A stretch of 64,000 bases of DNA, from IMG/VR virus record IMGVR_UViG_3300025767_000007. One strand, given 5' to 3'. This DNA is from an uncultured virus (IMG/VR IMGVR_UViG_3300025767_000007) (taxonomy: Duplodnaviria > Heunggongvirae > Uroviricota > Caudoviricetes). A program made the translations under genes and the position numbers. Every line of letters begins with the position of its first letter. Position 1 is the stretch's first letter. Below are positions 1 through 9,985 of the stretch, piece by piece. The notes below the pieces were generated by a model, which had not been told where the DNA came from, did no database searches, and saw only the letters and a program-made list of their open reading frames with translations.

Positions 1-1462
1 AACATATACTCAAGGTAATACTGATGGTGTTGCTGAAGGTTCAACTAACCTTTACTATCTTGACAGTAGAGCAAGAGGTGCAATTAGTGTATCAGGCGAT
101 ATGACCTACAATTCTACAACAGGCGTTATTGGTTTTGCATTAGCAGATCATACAACAACTGATCTAACAGAAGGTGATAACAAGTATTACACAGATGCAA
201 GAGCAAGAGCTTCTATTTCCGTTACAGGTGATTTAGCTTATGTAGCAGGAACAGGTGTTATTTCTTACTCAACACCAGACACAGACGGAGTTACAGAAGG
301 AACAAATAACCTTTACTACACAGATGCTCGTGTTAGAGCGGCTATTAGTGGTAGTGGTGACATTGTGTATGATAGTGCAACAGGTGACTTTGCATACTCA
401 ACTCCAGATACTGACGGTGTAGACGAAGGAACAAGTAACCTTTATCATACAACTGCTAGAGCAAGAGCAACAATAAGTGCAAGTGATGACTTAACTTATG
501 ATAGTGCAACTGGTGTCATGACATTTAAGATGTCTGATCATGATACTGATGATTTATCTGAAGGTACAGCTAACTTGTACTACACAGATGCAAGAGTACA
601 TAGTGCGATTTCATTAACATCAGATGATCAGGATATTATGTCTTATGATAACGCAGGTGGATTCACATTTGCTATCGGCAACATGGATACTGATGATGTT
701 ACTGAAGGTACATCAAGTCTATACTTTACAACTGCTAGAGCAAGAGCTTCTGTAAGTGCTGGTAGTAACATTAGCTATGATAGTGCAACTGGTGTTATTT
801 CAACATTAGCCGCAGTTCAGAGTGTTAATGGTGCAACTGGTGTTGTTACAATAGGAACTGATGACGTAGATGAGGGATCAAGCAATCTTTACTATACAGA
901 TGCAAGAGCCCAAGCCTCTATTACAATGGTTACTGATGATACAACAATTCTAAGTTATGCTTCAGGTACTGGAACAATAACATATGTAACTCCGGATACA
1001 GATGCTATTAATGAAGGTTCTGTTAACGAATACTTTACCAATGCAAGAGCTGATGCTCGTATTGCCGCGGCAAGCCTTGATGACTTATCAGATGTTGATA
1101 CAGGTACTCCCGCTGACGGTGCCGCTCTTGTTTGGAGTTCATCAGGTCAGAAGTATGTAACAACCGACTTATCAACTACAACTACAGCCGCTAACTTTAC
1201 AGCTAACGGTACTGATACAGACTTTGACTTAACCAATGTTGTAGTCGACTCAATCGAAAATACCACCGTGTTTATTAACGGTATTTTCCAAGCACCAACA
1301 TATTCATACACTATTTCAAATGATGGTACTGATACTACTATTTCGTTTGATGCCGCTCCAGAAGCTAACGACATTGTTACAGTTCGTTATATTTTAGGTG
1401 GAACATTGAATACTGATGGTATACTTAACGAAAGCTCAACAATTGATGGTGGTACTTACTAA
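1..1462 (+). CDS. Repeat-rich virion fibre/structural protein, 5'-truncated by the window edge
   Basis: The frame is open from base 2. There are eight copies of a ~40-aa repeat TDxxxEGxxNLYYTxARARAxIS, and the protein ends in IDGGTY. Confidence 0.8.
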   Translation, partial: TYTQGNTDGVAEGSTNLYYLDSRARGAISVSGDMTYNSTTGVIGFALADHTTTDLTEGDNKYYTDARARASISVTGDLAYVAGTGVISYSTPDTDGVTEGTNNLYYTDARVRAAISGSGDIVYDSATGDFAYSTPDTDGVDEGTSNLYHTTARARATISASDDLTYDSATGVMTFKMSDHDTDDLSEGTANLYYTDARVHSAISLTSDDQDIMSYDNAGGFTFAIGNMDTDDVTEGTSSLYFTTARARASVSAGSNISYDSATGVISTLAAVQSVNGATGVVTIGTDDVDEGSSNLYYTDARAQASITMVTDDTTILSYASGTGTITYVTPDTDAINEGSVNEYFTNARADARIAAASLDDLSDVDTGTPADGAALVWSSSGQKYVTTDLSTTTTAANFTANGTDTDFDLTNVVVDSIENTTVFINGIFQAPTYSYTISNDGTDTTISFDAAPEANDIVTVRYILGGTLNTDGILNESSTIDGGTY

Positions 1463-1486
1463 TCATTAATTAGAGTTAGATTTACT

Positions 1487-1516
1487 GAATAAGGGGCTTT
1501 ATGCCCCTTATTCTTT
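1487..1516 (+). terminator. Rho-independent terminator
   Basis: 11-bp stem GAATAAGGGGC/GCCCCTTATTC followed by TTT, just after the stop codon. Confidence 0.75.
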
Positions 1517-1576
1517 GACACAATTATATAGAAAAGACATAAATACCTTGTATACTATTACTCAAAGGATAAATGC

Positions 1577-4075
1577 ATGCCACTTTTTAGAGGTCAACTA
1601 AAGCACATTAGGGGTTTAACAGACTATAAAGACAGCGTTCTTGTAGCCTCAACAAATAATGTTGGAGTAACATCAACTATATCTTCTGTTGATGGAGTTA
1701 CTTTATCTGAAGGAGATAGAATACTTCTAGTAGGACAAACTACTACAACAGAAAATGGCATCTATGCAAGTCAATCTAACGGAACAATAGCAAGAGCATT
1801 TGATGCAGATAGTACTGAAGAGTTTTCTTCTGGTATGACTGTTTATGTTGAACAAGGAACTAGTAATGGCAAGAGCACTTGGCTCTTGATAACAACTGGA
1901 GAGATTGTATTAGGTACTACTTCGCTTCAATTCCAAAAGCAATCACAGATATATGATTCTCTTGAAGGAACATATGGCGGAGCATCAAAATCTTTAACTT
2001 TAGGAGTACAAAAAAACGGAGTTATTACTACTGTAACTGAAAATACATTAGATTCAGATAATGTAACTGAAGGATCATCAAATCTTTATCATACAACTGC
2101 AAGAGCTAGAGCTTCTATATCAGCCTCTGGTAGCAATTTAAGTTATAATTCCTCAACTGGTTCTATGTCATTTACCTCTGCAAGTTTAACTCCAGGTACA
2201 GGTATTACTGGAGATAATTTTGACACTTCAACAAACAAAACATTTGCTATTGATACATCAGTAATACCGACATTAAGTTCTGGTGTTTCTGTCTTTACAA
2301 ATGATGCCGGATACATTACAGGTTATACTGTTACTGAAAGTGATGTTACAACTCATCAAGCGGCTTTAAGTATAACCGAAAGCCAAATTAGTGATTTATC
2401 AAGTTATATTACAGCTAGTTCAACAGACACATTAACTAATAAAACAATTGGTGCGTCAACAATCTCAGGAAACTTAATTCCAGATACAACAGAAACATAC
2501 GACCTTGGATCGTCAACTTATAGATTTAATGACCTTTATCTAGCAGGTAGTACTATTGATTTAGGTGGTGCTAAACTAACAAATGATGGTAGTGATAACC
2601 TTGATATTAAAGATAGTTCGGGTAATAGAAAAATAATTAGAGCAAGTGCTATTGAATTGGTAGATAGCTCCGGTAAAAAAATTAAAATTGAACGAGACGC
2701 CACTTCAGGTAAAATGAAATCACGTAAATTTGATTCAAGTGGTAATGCAGAAGCAGATGGAGATGACGTTAACGAAATATCAGAAGACAAAACACCACAA
2801 CTAGGTGGTACATTGGATGCTAATGGAAACTATATTGATATGGGTTCTAATAACATTACAGATACAAAAGTTGGTCAATGGGATACCTCATACGGATGGG
2901 GAAATCATGCAAGTTCAAATTATCTAACAGATTATACTGTTACGGAATCAGATGTTACTGGACACCAATCAGCACTAAGCATAACTGAATCACAAATTAG
3001 TGATCTAGACGATTACCTCCCAATAACTTTATCAACAGTGGTTGATGGGCGAGTCGACGTTGATTCAATCTCTCAAATACGTTTTATTTTAGACGAAACC
3101 ACTTCTGGTTCGCAAGGTAATGTATCAAATACATCGAGTTATAATATTGCTTTGTCTGTTTCACCTAATGTTACTATAGGATACGATACCTCAGGAATAT
3201 TTTATATAAGCGACAGCAATCGTGGAACATACGAAGACATAATTCTAAGGACAAATGGAACAGGTACCAGCGCCAACGGTTTTGCTAATCCGTCAGGTGC
3301 CACTAGTATATTTGGTTTTAGAGGTAACTCATCTACCACTGGCTATAGATCCCTTACAACTGCAAGCCTTAATACATCAAGTTATACAAAACTTGGTTTT
3401 GACATAATCCAAGGTACTGGCAGTAACGGTGGTGAAGGTACTGATAGTACTGATGATTTTAAAATCTACTATAGTACTAACGGTGGCTCAAGTTACACAC
3501 TTATGCAAACATACTACGGAAGTCCAAGAGCATATGACACCTGGACTACTGTAGCAATTAGTTTACCATCAGGTGCTATAGGAAGTAGTGTTAAATTTAA
3601 ATTTGAAAACATTCATACTAATACTGGAGACTTTGATCATTGGGCTATTAGTAAAGTTAATTTGAACACTATAGAAACTAGTGTTCCATACTTTCGATTA
3701 GATGTAGGAAGTGGAACAGTTATAGATTCTCTTGAAAATAGTACAACTTTTACAGGCAATTTAGTTGGTGATGTAACAGGTAATGTCATAGGTGCTGTTA
3801 CAGGAACTTCGGGTTCCTTTAGTAGTAATTTACAAAGTAATGGTAATTTTTATGCTAATGGATCATATACCTATCTAGCAAATAGTACTAACGATAGAGT
3901 TTATATAAGAACTCCGCTACTTTATTTCAACAATGTCTTAATTACAGCCACAGGAACTGAACTTAATTATGTAGATGGTGTTACAAGTAATGTTCAAACT
4001 CAACTAGATACCAAGGCATCGCTTACTGGTGTAGAAACCTTGGATAACAAGAGCATAGACGGTGGTTCTTTCTAA
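1577..4075 (+). CDS. Virion fibre/adhesin protein with a reelin-like (Asp-box) domain
   Basis: S/T/G-rich. N-terminal tail-fibre-type segment (GDRILLVGQTTTTENGIY), one EG..NLYHTTARARA repeat, two YTVTESDVTxHQxALSITESQISDL repeats, a YSTNGGSSY Asp-box, and C-terminal IDGGSF. Confidence 0.75.
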   Translation: MPLFRGQLKHIRGLTDYKDSVLVASTNNVGVTSTISSVDGVTLSEGDRILLVGQTTTTENGIYASQSNGTIARAFDADSTEEFSSGMTVYVEQGTSNGKSTWLLITTGEIVLGTTSLQFQKQSQIYDSLEGTYGGASKSLTLGVQKNGVITTVTENTLDSDNVTEGSSNLYHTTARARASISASGSNLSYNSSTGSMSFTSASLTPGTGITGDNFDTSTNKTFAIDTSVIPTLSSGVSVFTNDAGYITGYTVTESDVTTHQAALSITESQISDLSSYITASSTDTLTNKTIGASTISGNLIPDTTETYDLGSSTYRFNDLYLAGSTIDLGGAKLTNDGSDNLDIKDSSGNRKIIRASAIELVDSSGKKIKIERDATSGKMKSRKFDSSGNAEADGDDVNEISEDKTPQLGGTLDANGNYIDMGSNNITDTKVGQWDTSYGWGNHASSNYLTDYTVTESDVTGHQSALSITESQISDLDDYLPITLSTVVDGRVDVDSISQIRFILDETTSGSQGNVSNTSSYNIALSVSPNVTIGYDTSGIFYISDSNRGTYEDIILRTNGTGTSANGFANPSGATSIFGFRGNSSTTGYRSLTTASLNTSSYTKLGFDIIQGTGSNGGEGTDSTDDFKIYYSTNGGSSYTLMQTYYGSPRAYDTWTTVAISLPSGAIGSSVKFKFENIHTNTGDFDHWAISKVNLNTIETSVPYFRLDVGSGTVIDSLENSTTFTGNLVGDVTGNVIGAVTGTSGSFSSNLQSNGNFYANGSYTYLANSTNDRVYIRTPLLYFNNVLITATGTELNYVDGVTSNVQTQLDTKASLTGVETLDNKSIDGGSF

Positions 4076-4202
4076 TAATTTATATTATTATTAGCTCTAA
4101 TAAAACACTCAAATAAAACAATTTGTATAAATAACAACGGAACACAAAAAATGAGAGCCGATTCTCTCATTGTGCTTATTATAACCCGGGAGTATATACT
4201 CA

Positions 4203-6044
4203 ATGGCAAATACCATTATTTTAAAAAGATCCGCAACACAAAACAACATACCTACTACCTCACAACTTGAGCTTGGTGAAGTAGCAATCAACACATATGA
4301 CGGTAAAGTTTACATTAAAAAATCTGTCTCTGGTTCAGCCAGTATTGTTGAAGTTGGTCCTGTTGTAAGTGTCAACGGTTCTACAGGAGCAGTAACAATT
4401 GGAACAGATGAAACTGCAGAAGGTTCAACTAACCTTTATTACACAGATGCGAGAGTAAGAGCGGCAATTTCCGCAGGAACTGGCATCACATACAATTCAA
4501 CATCAGGTGAGATTCAAACAGCTCAAGATATAACAACTGCAGGATCACCATCATTTGCTGGTTTAACATTAACTGGCAATGCAGAAACACTAAGTCTTAT
4601 CCCAGCCTCAGACAACGTATACAGTCTAGGTTCGGCTTCTAAAGCATATGCTGACATTTATGTTGGTCCAGGATCGCTTTACATTAACGGTAAGAAAACA
4701 ATCGAAGACAATTCAAATACAATGACGTTTTCTACAGATTCAGACCAAGATATGAGAGTATCTACATCAGGTTCTGGTTCTGTTGAATTACTTGCAAGTG
4801 GAACAGGTAACATTCAGGTTATGGGAACACTTTCAATACAAACATCAAAGAGAATTGTTGACTCAGCAGGAGTTAATGTTGAATTTGGAGATCCAATTCA
4901 CATGAATTCTAATAAACTTACTAACTTAGCAGAACCTACAGCTAGTACAGATGGTGCAACTAAGAATTATGTTGATACAGCAATTACTAACTTAGTAGAT
5001 GCTTCACCAGCTACACTTGATACATTGAACGAGTTAGCCGCGGCACTTGGTGACGATGCAAACTTTTCAACAACAATTACTACTTCAATTGCAACTAAGT
5101 TAAACTCAGCAGACTATACTGCCTCTGATGTTTTAACTAAAATTAAAACAGTTGATGGAGCCGCATCTGGTTTAGATGCTGACATCTTAGATGGTCAACA
5201 AGGTTCTTATTACCTAGATGCTAACAACTTTACTAACATGCCAGATTATAGTGGTGATTTTTCAAGTAAACTAGACGCATCATCTTATACTGCCTCTGAT
5301 GTTTTAACTAAAATTAAAACAGTTGATGGCGCAGGTTCTGGACTAGACGCTGACTTATTAGACGGTCAATCAAGTGCCTATTATGCAACTGCAAGTTCAG
5401 TAGCTACTAATACTTCAAAATTAGCTACTATTGAGTCTAATGCAACAGCAGACCAAACAGCATCAGAAATCTTAACACTTATCAAAACAGTTGATGGCGC
5501 AGGTTCTGGACTAGATGCTGACTTATTAGACGGTCAATCAAGTGCCTACTACTTAGATGGTAATAACTTTATCAATATGCCGGCAACTGGTGTTACATCT
5601 GTTGCAACTTCAAACGGGTTAACTGGTGGTACTATTACTGGAACAGGAACTTTATCCATGTCTGGTTCTTACACAGGAACATTTAATGTTACTGGTGAAA
5701 TTAAGGCAACTGGCGAAGTAACAGCTTACTTCTCGGATGAAAGACTTAAGAAAGATATTGTACCTGTAACTGGAGCACTTCAAGGTGTTATGGCAATGGG
5801 CGGATATACTTATAAAGCTAATGATCTTGCCGCAGAGCTTGGTGTTGAAAGAACTGACAATCAAATTGGACTTCTAGCACAAGAAGTTGAAGCACAATTT
5901 CCTGAGTTAGTTACAGAGTCAGCACTAGCAGGCTATAAGACAATTAGATACGATAAGATGGTTACAGTTTTAGTTGAAGCAATGAAAGAGCAACAAGCAA
6001 TGATTGAGCAACTACAAGCTGATGTAAAGAAGACTTTACATTGA
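4203..6044 (+). CDS. Tail fibre protein with Mtd-N-like N-terminus and C-terminal peptidase S74 intramolecular chaperone
   Basis: N-terminal IILKRS...LELGEVAINTYDGKVYIK; three VDGAxSGLDADxLDGQ repeats; SDERLKKDI...GLLAQEVE..FPELV..Y followed by a coiled coil. Confidence 0.85.
   Translation: MANTIILKRSATQNNIPTTSQLELGEVAINTYDGKVYIKKSVSGSASIVEVGPVVSVNGSTGAVTIGTDETAEGSTNLYYTDARVRAAISAGTGITYNSTSGEIQTAQDITTAGSPSFAGLTLTGNAETLSLIPASDNVYSLGSASKAYADIYVGPGSLYINGKKTIEDNSNTMTFSTDSDQDMRVSTSGSGSVELLASGTGNIQVMGTLSIQTSKRIVDSAGVNVEFGDPIHMNSNKLTNLAEPTASTDGATKNYVDTAITNLVDASPATLDTLNELAAALGDDANFSTTITTSIATKLNSADYTASDVLTKIKTVDGAASGLDADILDGQQGSYYLDANNFTNMPDYSGDFSSKLDASSYTASDVLTKIKTVDGAGSGLDADLLDGQSSAYYATASSVATNTSKLATIESNATADQTASEILTLIKTVDGAGSGLDADLLDGQSSAYYLDGNNFINMPATGVTSVATSNGLTGGTITGTGTLSMSGSYTGTFNVTGEIKATGEVTAYFSDERLKKDIVPVTGALQGVMAMGGYTYKANDLAAELGVERTDNQIGLLAQEVEAQFPELVTESALAGYKTIRYDKMVTVLVEAMKEQQAMIEQLQADVKKTLH
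5115..5548 (+). repeat. Three intragenic direct repeats in the tail fibre gene
   Basis: 5115-5158 is identical to 5286-5329 (44 nt). 5316-5380 matches 5484-5548 with one mismatch. Confidence 0.9.
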
Positions 6045-6070
6045 TTTTTAAACTAATAGGAGTATAAGAT

Positions 6071-6283
6071 ATGCCAAACGCATTTCCGGCTACTGGGTCT
6101 ACAAAATCAATGGGTCGTATCAGAAGAGGTTTTGTTGCTTCTGGTAGTCATTACGCAACTGGAGGATTCGGATTAAGAGGAACACTAGCAAACTATATCG
6201 GTATTACTAGTGGAACAGTATCAATTAGTTCAACATTTGGTGGTTACTATGCCACAAATAGTACAGACGACACTGATAATTAA
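6071..6283 (+). CDS. Small G/S/T-rich fibre-associated protein
   Basis: AGGAG Shine-Dalgarno; directly follows the fibre gene and is followed by a terminator. Confidence 0.7.
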   Translation: MPNAFPATGSTKSMGRIRRGFVASGSHYATGGFGLRGTLANYIGITSGTVSISSTFGGYYATNSTDDTDN

Positions 6284-6311
6284 TCTTAATTAAAGACCTT
6301 AAGAGTATAAT

Positions 6312-6340
6312 AAGAAAGGAGCTAATAGCTCCTTTCTTTA
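6312..6340 (+). terminator. Rho-independent terminator
   Basis: 12-bp stem AAGAAAGGAGCT/AGCTCCTTTCTT. Confidence 0.75.
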
Positions 6341-6397
6341 TGGGTAAAACACCATACCAAATATAAGATATATAATAAGGAGTCAAAAGGAGATACC

Positions 6398-6922
6398 ATG
6401 ACAAAATCTGCAGAATCAATTATTAACGAAGTGCGTAATGTACAATCTGGTGTTCCGTTTAGAACAAGTTTTGAAAGAGAAAACTTTGTTTATAATGAAG
6501 CGGAAGGTCCTAGGTTAGTATTAATTTTATGCCAAGATCTTACACAACTGTTTAATCACCACGAAACAGCATGTCAATCAGAGTGGGAAAAAGAAGCAGT
6601 ACTTAAAGAAATGAATATTGTACAAGATAAGTTAAACGAAGTAATGGAAGAACTTGGTGTAACTAATCCAGAAGAGTTTGTTAATGCATTAGAAGAAGCT
6701 GAACCAGAATATTGGTCAGAAACATTATCAAGGCGTGCGGCTGTTGAAGCATTATCAAACAAACAAAGTACTGCTAATATGAGTGATATGTTAAACTTAC
6801 CACTTGAAGTATATGAACAAACAATTATGAAAACGCAAACGTACCTTAATGTAGTTAATAAAACAACTAGGGTAGCAGAACGTACAGCAAATAGAAGAGC
6901 ACAGGACGAAGACGAAGAATAG
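6398..6922 (+). CDS. Hypothetical alpha-helical acidic protein
   Basis: AGGAG SD, 174-aa ORF, coupled to the downstream glycosyltransferase. Confidence 0.7.
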   Translation: MTKSAESIINEVRNVQSGVPFRTSFERENFVYNEAEGPRLVLILCQDLTQLFNHHETACQSEWEKEAVLKEMNIVQDKLNEVMEELGVTNPEEFVNALEEAEPEYWSETLSRRAAVEALSNKQSTANMSDMLNLPLEVYEQTIMKTQTYLNVVNKTTRVAERTANRRAQDEDEE

Positions 6923-6923
6923 A

Positions 6924-7571
6924 ATGTTCGGTAAGAATCTAAAAGCCGTGCCTGTAACCAGTAGAGGAAGTCATATTGCTATATGTATTCCAACTAATGG
7001 ACTTTTACATTCTGAATTCGCATTTTTTCTAATTGACGCAATACGTTATACAGAAAGACAAGGATACATAGTTGACATACTTATGGATCTTGGAACAGTA
7101 TTAAGTAGTCAGAGGCAATTCCTAGCTAGAAGGGCTATCAATGATCATAATGCAGATTATATTATGTGGTTTGATAGTGATATGACATTTCCAGAAGATA
7201 CGATTGTTAATTTATTAGAAAGAAATAAAGATGTAGTTTGTGCAACATATTCTAAAAGAGTAGAGCCCTTTCATGCAACTGCCTTTGAAGAAATTAATCC
7301 TGTTGTCCCAGTTGAAATGAGCGGTAGTTTAAAAAAAGTAAAGTATGCTGGAATGGGTTGTATGCTAGTAAAAGCAGATGTATATGCTTCAATACCTGCT
7401 CCGTGGTTTCCTTTAACATGGCATGAACAAACAGATAGCTGGCATGGAGAAGATATGGGATTTTGTACAAAAGCTATTGAAGCCGGTTATGATATCTGGT
7501 GTGATATTGATCTTAGTGTTAACATTGGTCATTTAGGTCAACAAGAATTTTTGTTGAGTCGGGAAGACTAG
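6924..7571 (+). CDS. GT-A fold (GT2-like) glycosyltransferase
   Basis: IAICIP start, DYIMWFDSDM DxD motif, GMGCMLVK, GEDMGFC, and a C-terminal GH. Confidence 0.8.
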   Translation: MFGKNLKAVPVTSRGSHIAICIPTNGLLHSEFAFFLIDAIRYTERQGYIVDILMDLGTVLSSQRQFLARRAINDHNADYIMWFDSDMTFPEDTIVNLLERNKDVVCATYSKRVEPFHATAFEEINPVVPVEMSGSLKKVKYAGMGCMLVKADVYASIPAPWFPLTWHEQTDSWHGEDMGFCTKAIEAGYDIWCDIDLSVNIGHLGQQEFLLSRED

Positions 7572-7944
7572 AAAAGAATCCACACCATCTATGCAACTTT
7601 TTTAAGTTAATCCCAGCACTAATATGAAATTCTGGTAGAGAAACATTATTAACAACATTCCTCATTAATACACCATCAATGACTGTACTTTTTACAAGTT
7701 TAGCCTTTAGGTTAGTATCTTCGCATATAATTTGTATAATTGGATGATTCCAGTTTTCGTCAAATATAATCTTTCTGGCTTCTAAGTACCAACGTTCTGT
7801 GTAGCAAATATTATCTTTATATAACTTGTTTAACAGAGGATTATTCAATCTTTCTTCGTTACACAATGTAAATTGCATCTGTTTATGGGGACCACTGTAA
7901 AACTCAGCTGGAATTTTATCTTTAACTAATTTTAAACTCATCAC
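7519..7944 (-). CDS. Hypothetical protein
   Basis: 141-aa ORF, last gene of the minus-strand operon; overlaps the glycosyltransferase 3' end convergently. Confidence 0.6.
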   Translation of the reverse strand: MMSLKLVKDKIPAEFYSGPHKQMQFTLCNEERLNNPLLNKLYKDNICYTERWYLEARKIIFDENWNHPIIQIICEDTNLKAKLVKSTVIDGVLMRNVVNNVSLPEFHISAGINLKKLHRWCGFFSSLPDSTKILVDLNDQC

Positions 7945-8359
7945 TTAGTATACTCTTTAACGTTTCTTTAAATGCTCTGCTCTTGAACATTTTTCCTGTA
8001 TTATAATGGAGTGGTGACGGCCATGAATTTAGTTTAACCCAACAGTATCCAGCACTCTCGTTGTTTAATATAGGATTAAATTCTTCCTCGCATAAAACAG
8101 CATAACTTACATGCCTAAAATGTCGATTTCTTGTTGTGAATGTATAGATATGACTGATACCAATAGTATCAGGAACTCCTGGATGTCCGAGTTCTTCGAC
8201 TAGCTCTCTTTTAAGTCCTTCTAAGTCGCCTTCGTTGCCTATGAGTTTTCCTCCCCATAACCCCCAACACATACTATGACGCTCTTCTTCACTTCTTAAT
8301 TGCATCATCGCTCTTTGTGTTTTCTGACATATAATTAATGCTCCTACTGCTCTTAACAT
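7922..8359 (-). CDS. NUDIX hydrolase
   Basis: Nudix box WGGKLIGNEGDLEGLKRELVEELG, plus LNNESAGYCWV. Confidence 0.85.
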   Translation of the reverse strand: MLRAVGALIICQKTQRAMMQLRSEEERHSMCWGLWGGKLIGNEGDLEGLKRELVEELGHPGVPDTIGISHIYTFTTRNRHFRHVSYAVLCEEEFNPILNNESAGYCWVKLNSWPSPLHYNTGKMFKSRAFKETLKSILSDEFKIS

Positions 8360-8366
8360 GATAAAA

Positions 8367-9740
8367 CTAGTTAACTATCCTCCAATAACCTTGTTCAAAT
8401 ATTCCTTCTATTGCTATTACCCAAGTTTCTCCATCGTAGTACAACTTCTCACCTGAATTAGCATTGGTAGTATACCCTATTGTGTTTACCGCCGTTGAGT
8501 CGAAGCTCACTACCCAATCTGTGCCATTATATTCAATAATATCGTCTTCTCCTGCTTGTAATAATCCCCACGGACCTCCGTCAAATGGAACAACATTACT
8601 AACTAGCAGATATCGCTGACCGGTTGCTTCTGCTGGTAAATTTCCAACTCCGGGTTGTGATTTCTGTGGATTAATAATACCATTGATAGAAGTAATTGTA
8701 TCATTTGGCAATGTATCTTGATTCAATGTAAAAGCAATCAGATTTTCGTTGGTGTTTACAATAGTATCACATATTAATATAACCTCGTCGGCTTCGTCTG
8801 CAAAAGCTGAACTTGGACCTATTCTTAATCTAATTTCTGTAATACCCGGTTTGAATCCACCATGCAAATTAAAATGGGTTGTCCAATTTAATAAATCTGA
8901 TCCTTGTGTTTTATCAATATTAGTATTATCATTATTTAATAATTCAATATTATCTGAATTTACTTTAATATGTCTATTTTCAAAAGTAAGCCATTGTCTT
9001 TGTGTATTTCCGTTAAAATTAATATTTAAACTTTCAATACTTACATTATCAATATCTTCATATGAAGATTGTAAGATGCTATGTATAAGAACTTGTCTCT
9101 TAATTTTTGCAGGTGGTGTTAAGTAGATTGGTAATTGATATATCAAGCTCGAAACATCAATAATATCATCTTGTCCATTTGGAATCTGTCTTGCTGTCCA
9201 TGTGGTATTGATTAATTCAACAACTCCTAAACTTGTCCAATCAAATGGATTATCACTACTTTGTAAGTTAACACTTGGATTAAAAAGTAATAGTATTTGC
9301 TCTAGTAATTGTAATTTTTGTTCTGTATTACTAGTCCATATATCAACATTAAGAGTTAAATCATAAGGAATAGGAGATATTCTTTCTAGTGTATAAGACT
9401 CGCCAAGTTCATCTAAAAACTCATTATTATTAGAATCAAACTTCTTTTCTAATACTTGAGCTCTGTCAATATGAGTTGGATTTAATCTTCTTTCTGGACT
9501 AGGAAGTAATTCTGAAATATAAACAGATATAAATGGAACAGTATTAATTTTATTTTCTGAATTTTCCTTAATAATATGAGATGCCATTCTGCTAGTATCG
9601 CCATATCTAACCGGTACTAAATGAAAGTTATCTGCTCCATTGTCGTCTTTACCCATCTTGACAGAAAATCCGCCAAATACTCTCATAAATTGTACTAGCC
9701 ATCTTCTTATTTGTTGATCATAAAAATATGTTTGTGCCAT
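8367..9740 (-). CDS. Tail completion/sheath stabiliser (T4 gp15-like) with C-terminal extension
   Basis: YFYDQQIRR...VPVRYG...PIPYDLTLNVDIWT..EQKLQLLEQILLLFNPS pattern; lies next to the neck genes. Confidence 0.75.
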   Translation of the reverse strand: MAQTYFYDQQIRRWLVQFMRVFGGFSVKMGKDDNGADNFHLVPVRYGDTSRMASHIIKENSENKINTVPFISVYISELLPSPERRLNPTHIDRAQVLEKKFDSNNNEFLDELGESYTLERISPIPYDLTLNVDIWTSNTEQKLQLLEQILLLFNPSVNLQSSDNPFDWTSLGVVELINTTWTARQIPNGQDDIIDVSSLIYQLPIYLTPPAKIKRQVLIHSILQSSYEDIDNVSIESLNINFNGNTQRQWLTFENRHIKVNSDNIELLNNDNTNIDKTQGSDLLNWTTHFNLHGGFKPGITEIRLRIGPSSAFADEADEVILICDTIVNTNENLIAFTLNQDTLPNDTITSINGIINPQKSQPGVGNLPAEATGQRYLLVSNVVPFDGGPWGLLQAGEDDIIEYNGTDWVVSFDSTAVNTIGYTTNANSGEKLYYDGETWVIAIEGIFEQGYWRIVN

Positions 9741-9985
9741 TATTTTTTATCCTGTTTCAATATTTGTTTTTGCATTTCCTCAAGAGTTTCATTGTTTACA
9801 CATTGTATATTTAACTCTGTTATGTTTGGAAAAGCCGATCTTAAACCTTTATCTAAACCGTCTGCATATATTGTTTGGTATCCCTTGCAATCGTTAGCAT
9901 TTTTAAATTTTAAAGACGTGTTTATTTTTAACTCAACCTCTTCAGATCCTGCAAACATTACTAAAGCCACTAGAAACCATGTCAT
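9740..9985 (-). CDS. Small exported/membrane protein
   Basis: Hydrophobic N-terminus MTWFLVALVMFAG and two Cys; fits exactly between the flanking genes. Confidence 0.6.
   Translation of the reverse strand: MTWFLVALVMFAGSEEVELKINTSLKFKNANDCKGYQTIYADGLDKGLRSAFPNITELNIQCVNNETLEEMQKQILKQDKK

Noticed and set aside
1..6044. Repeats as a CRISPR array or DGR template/variable repeat
   Set aside because: The repeats are in-frame, degenerate at synonymous positions and not adenine-specific; no cas or reverse transcriptase gene is in the window.
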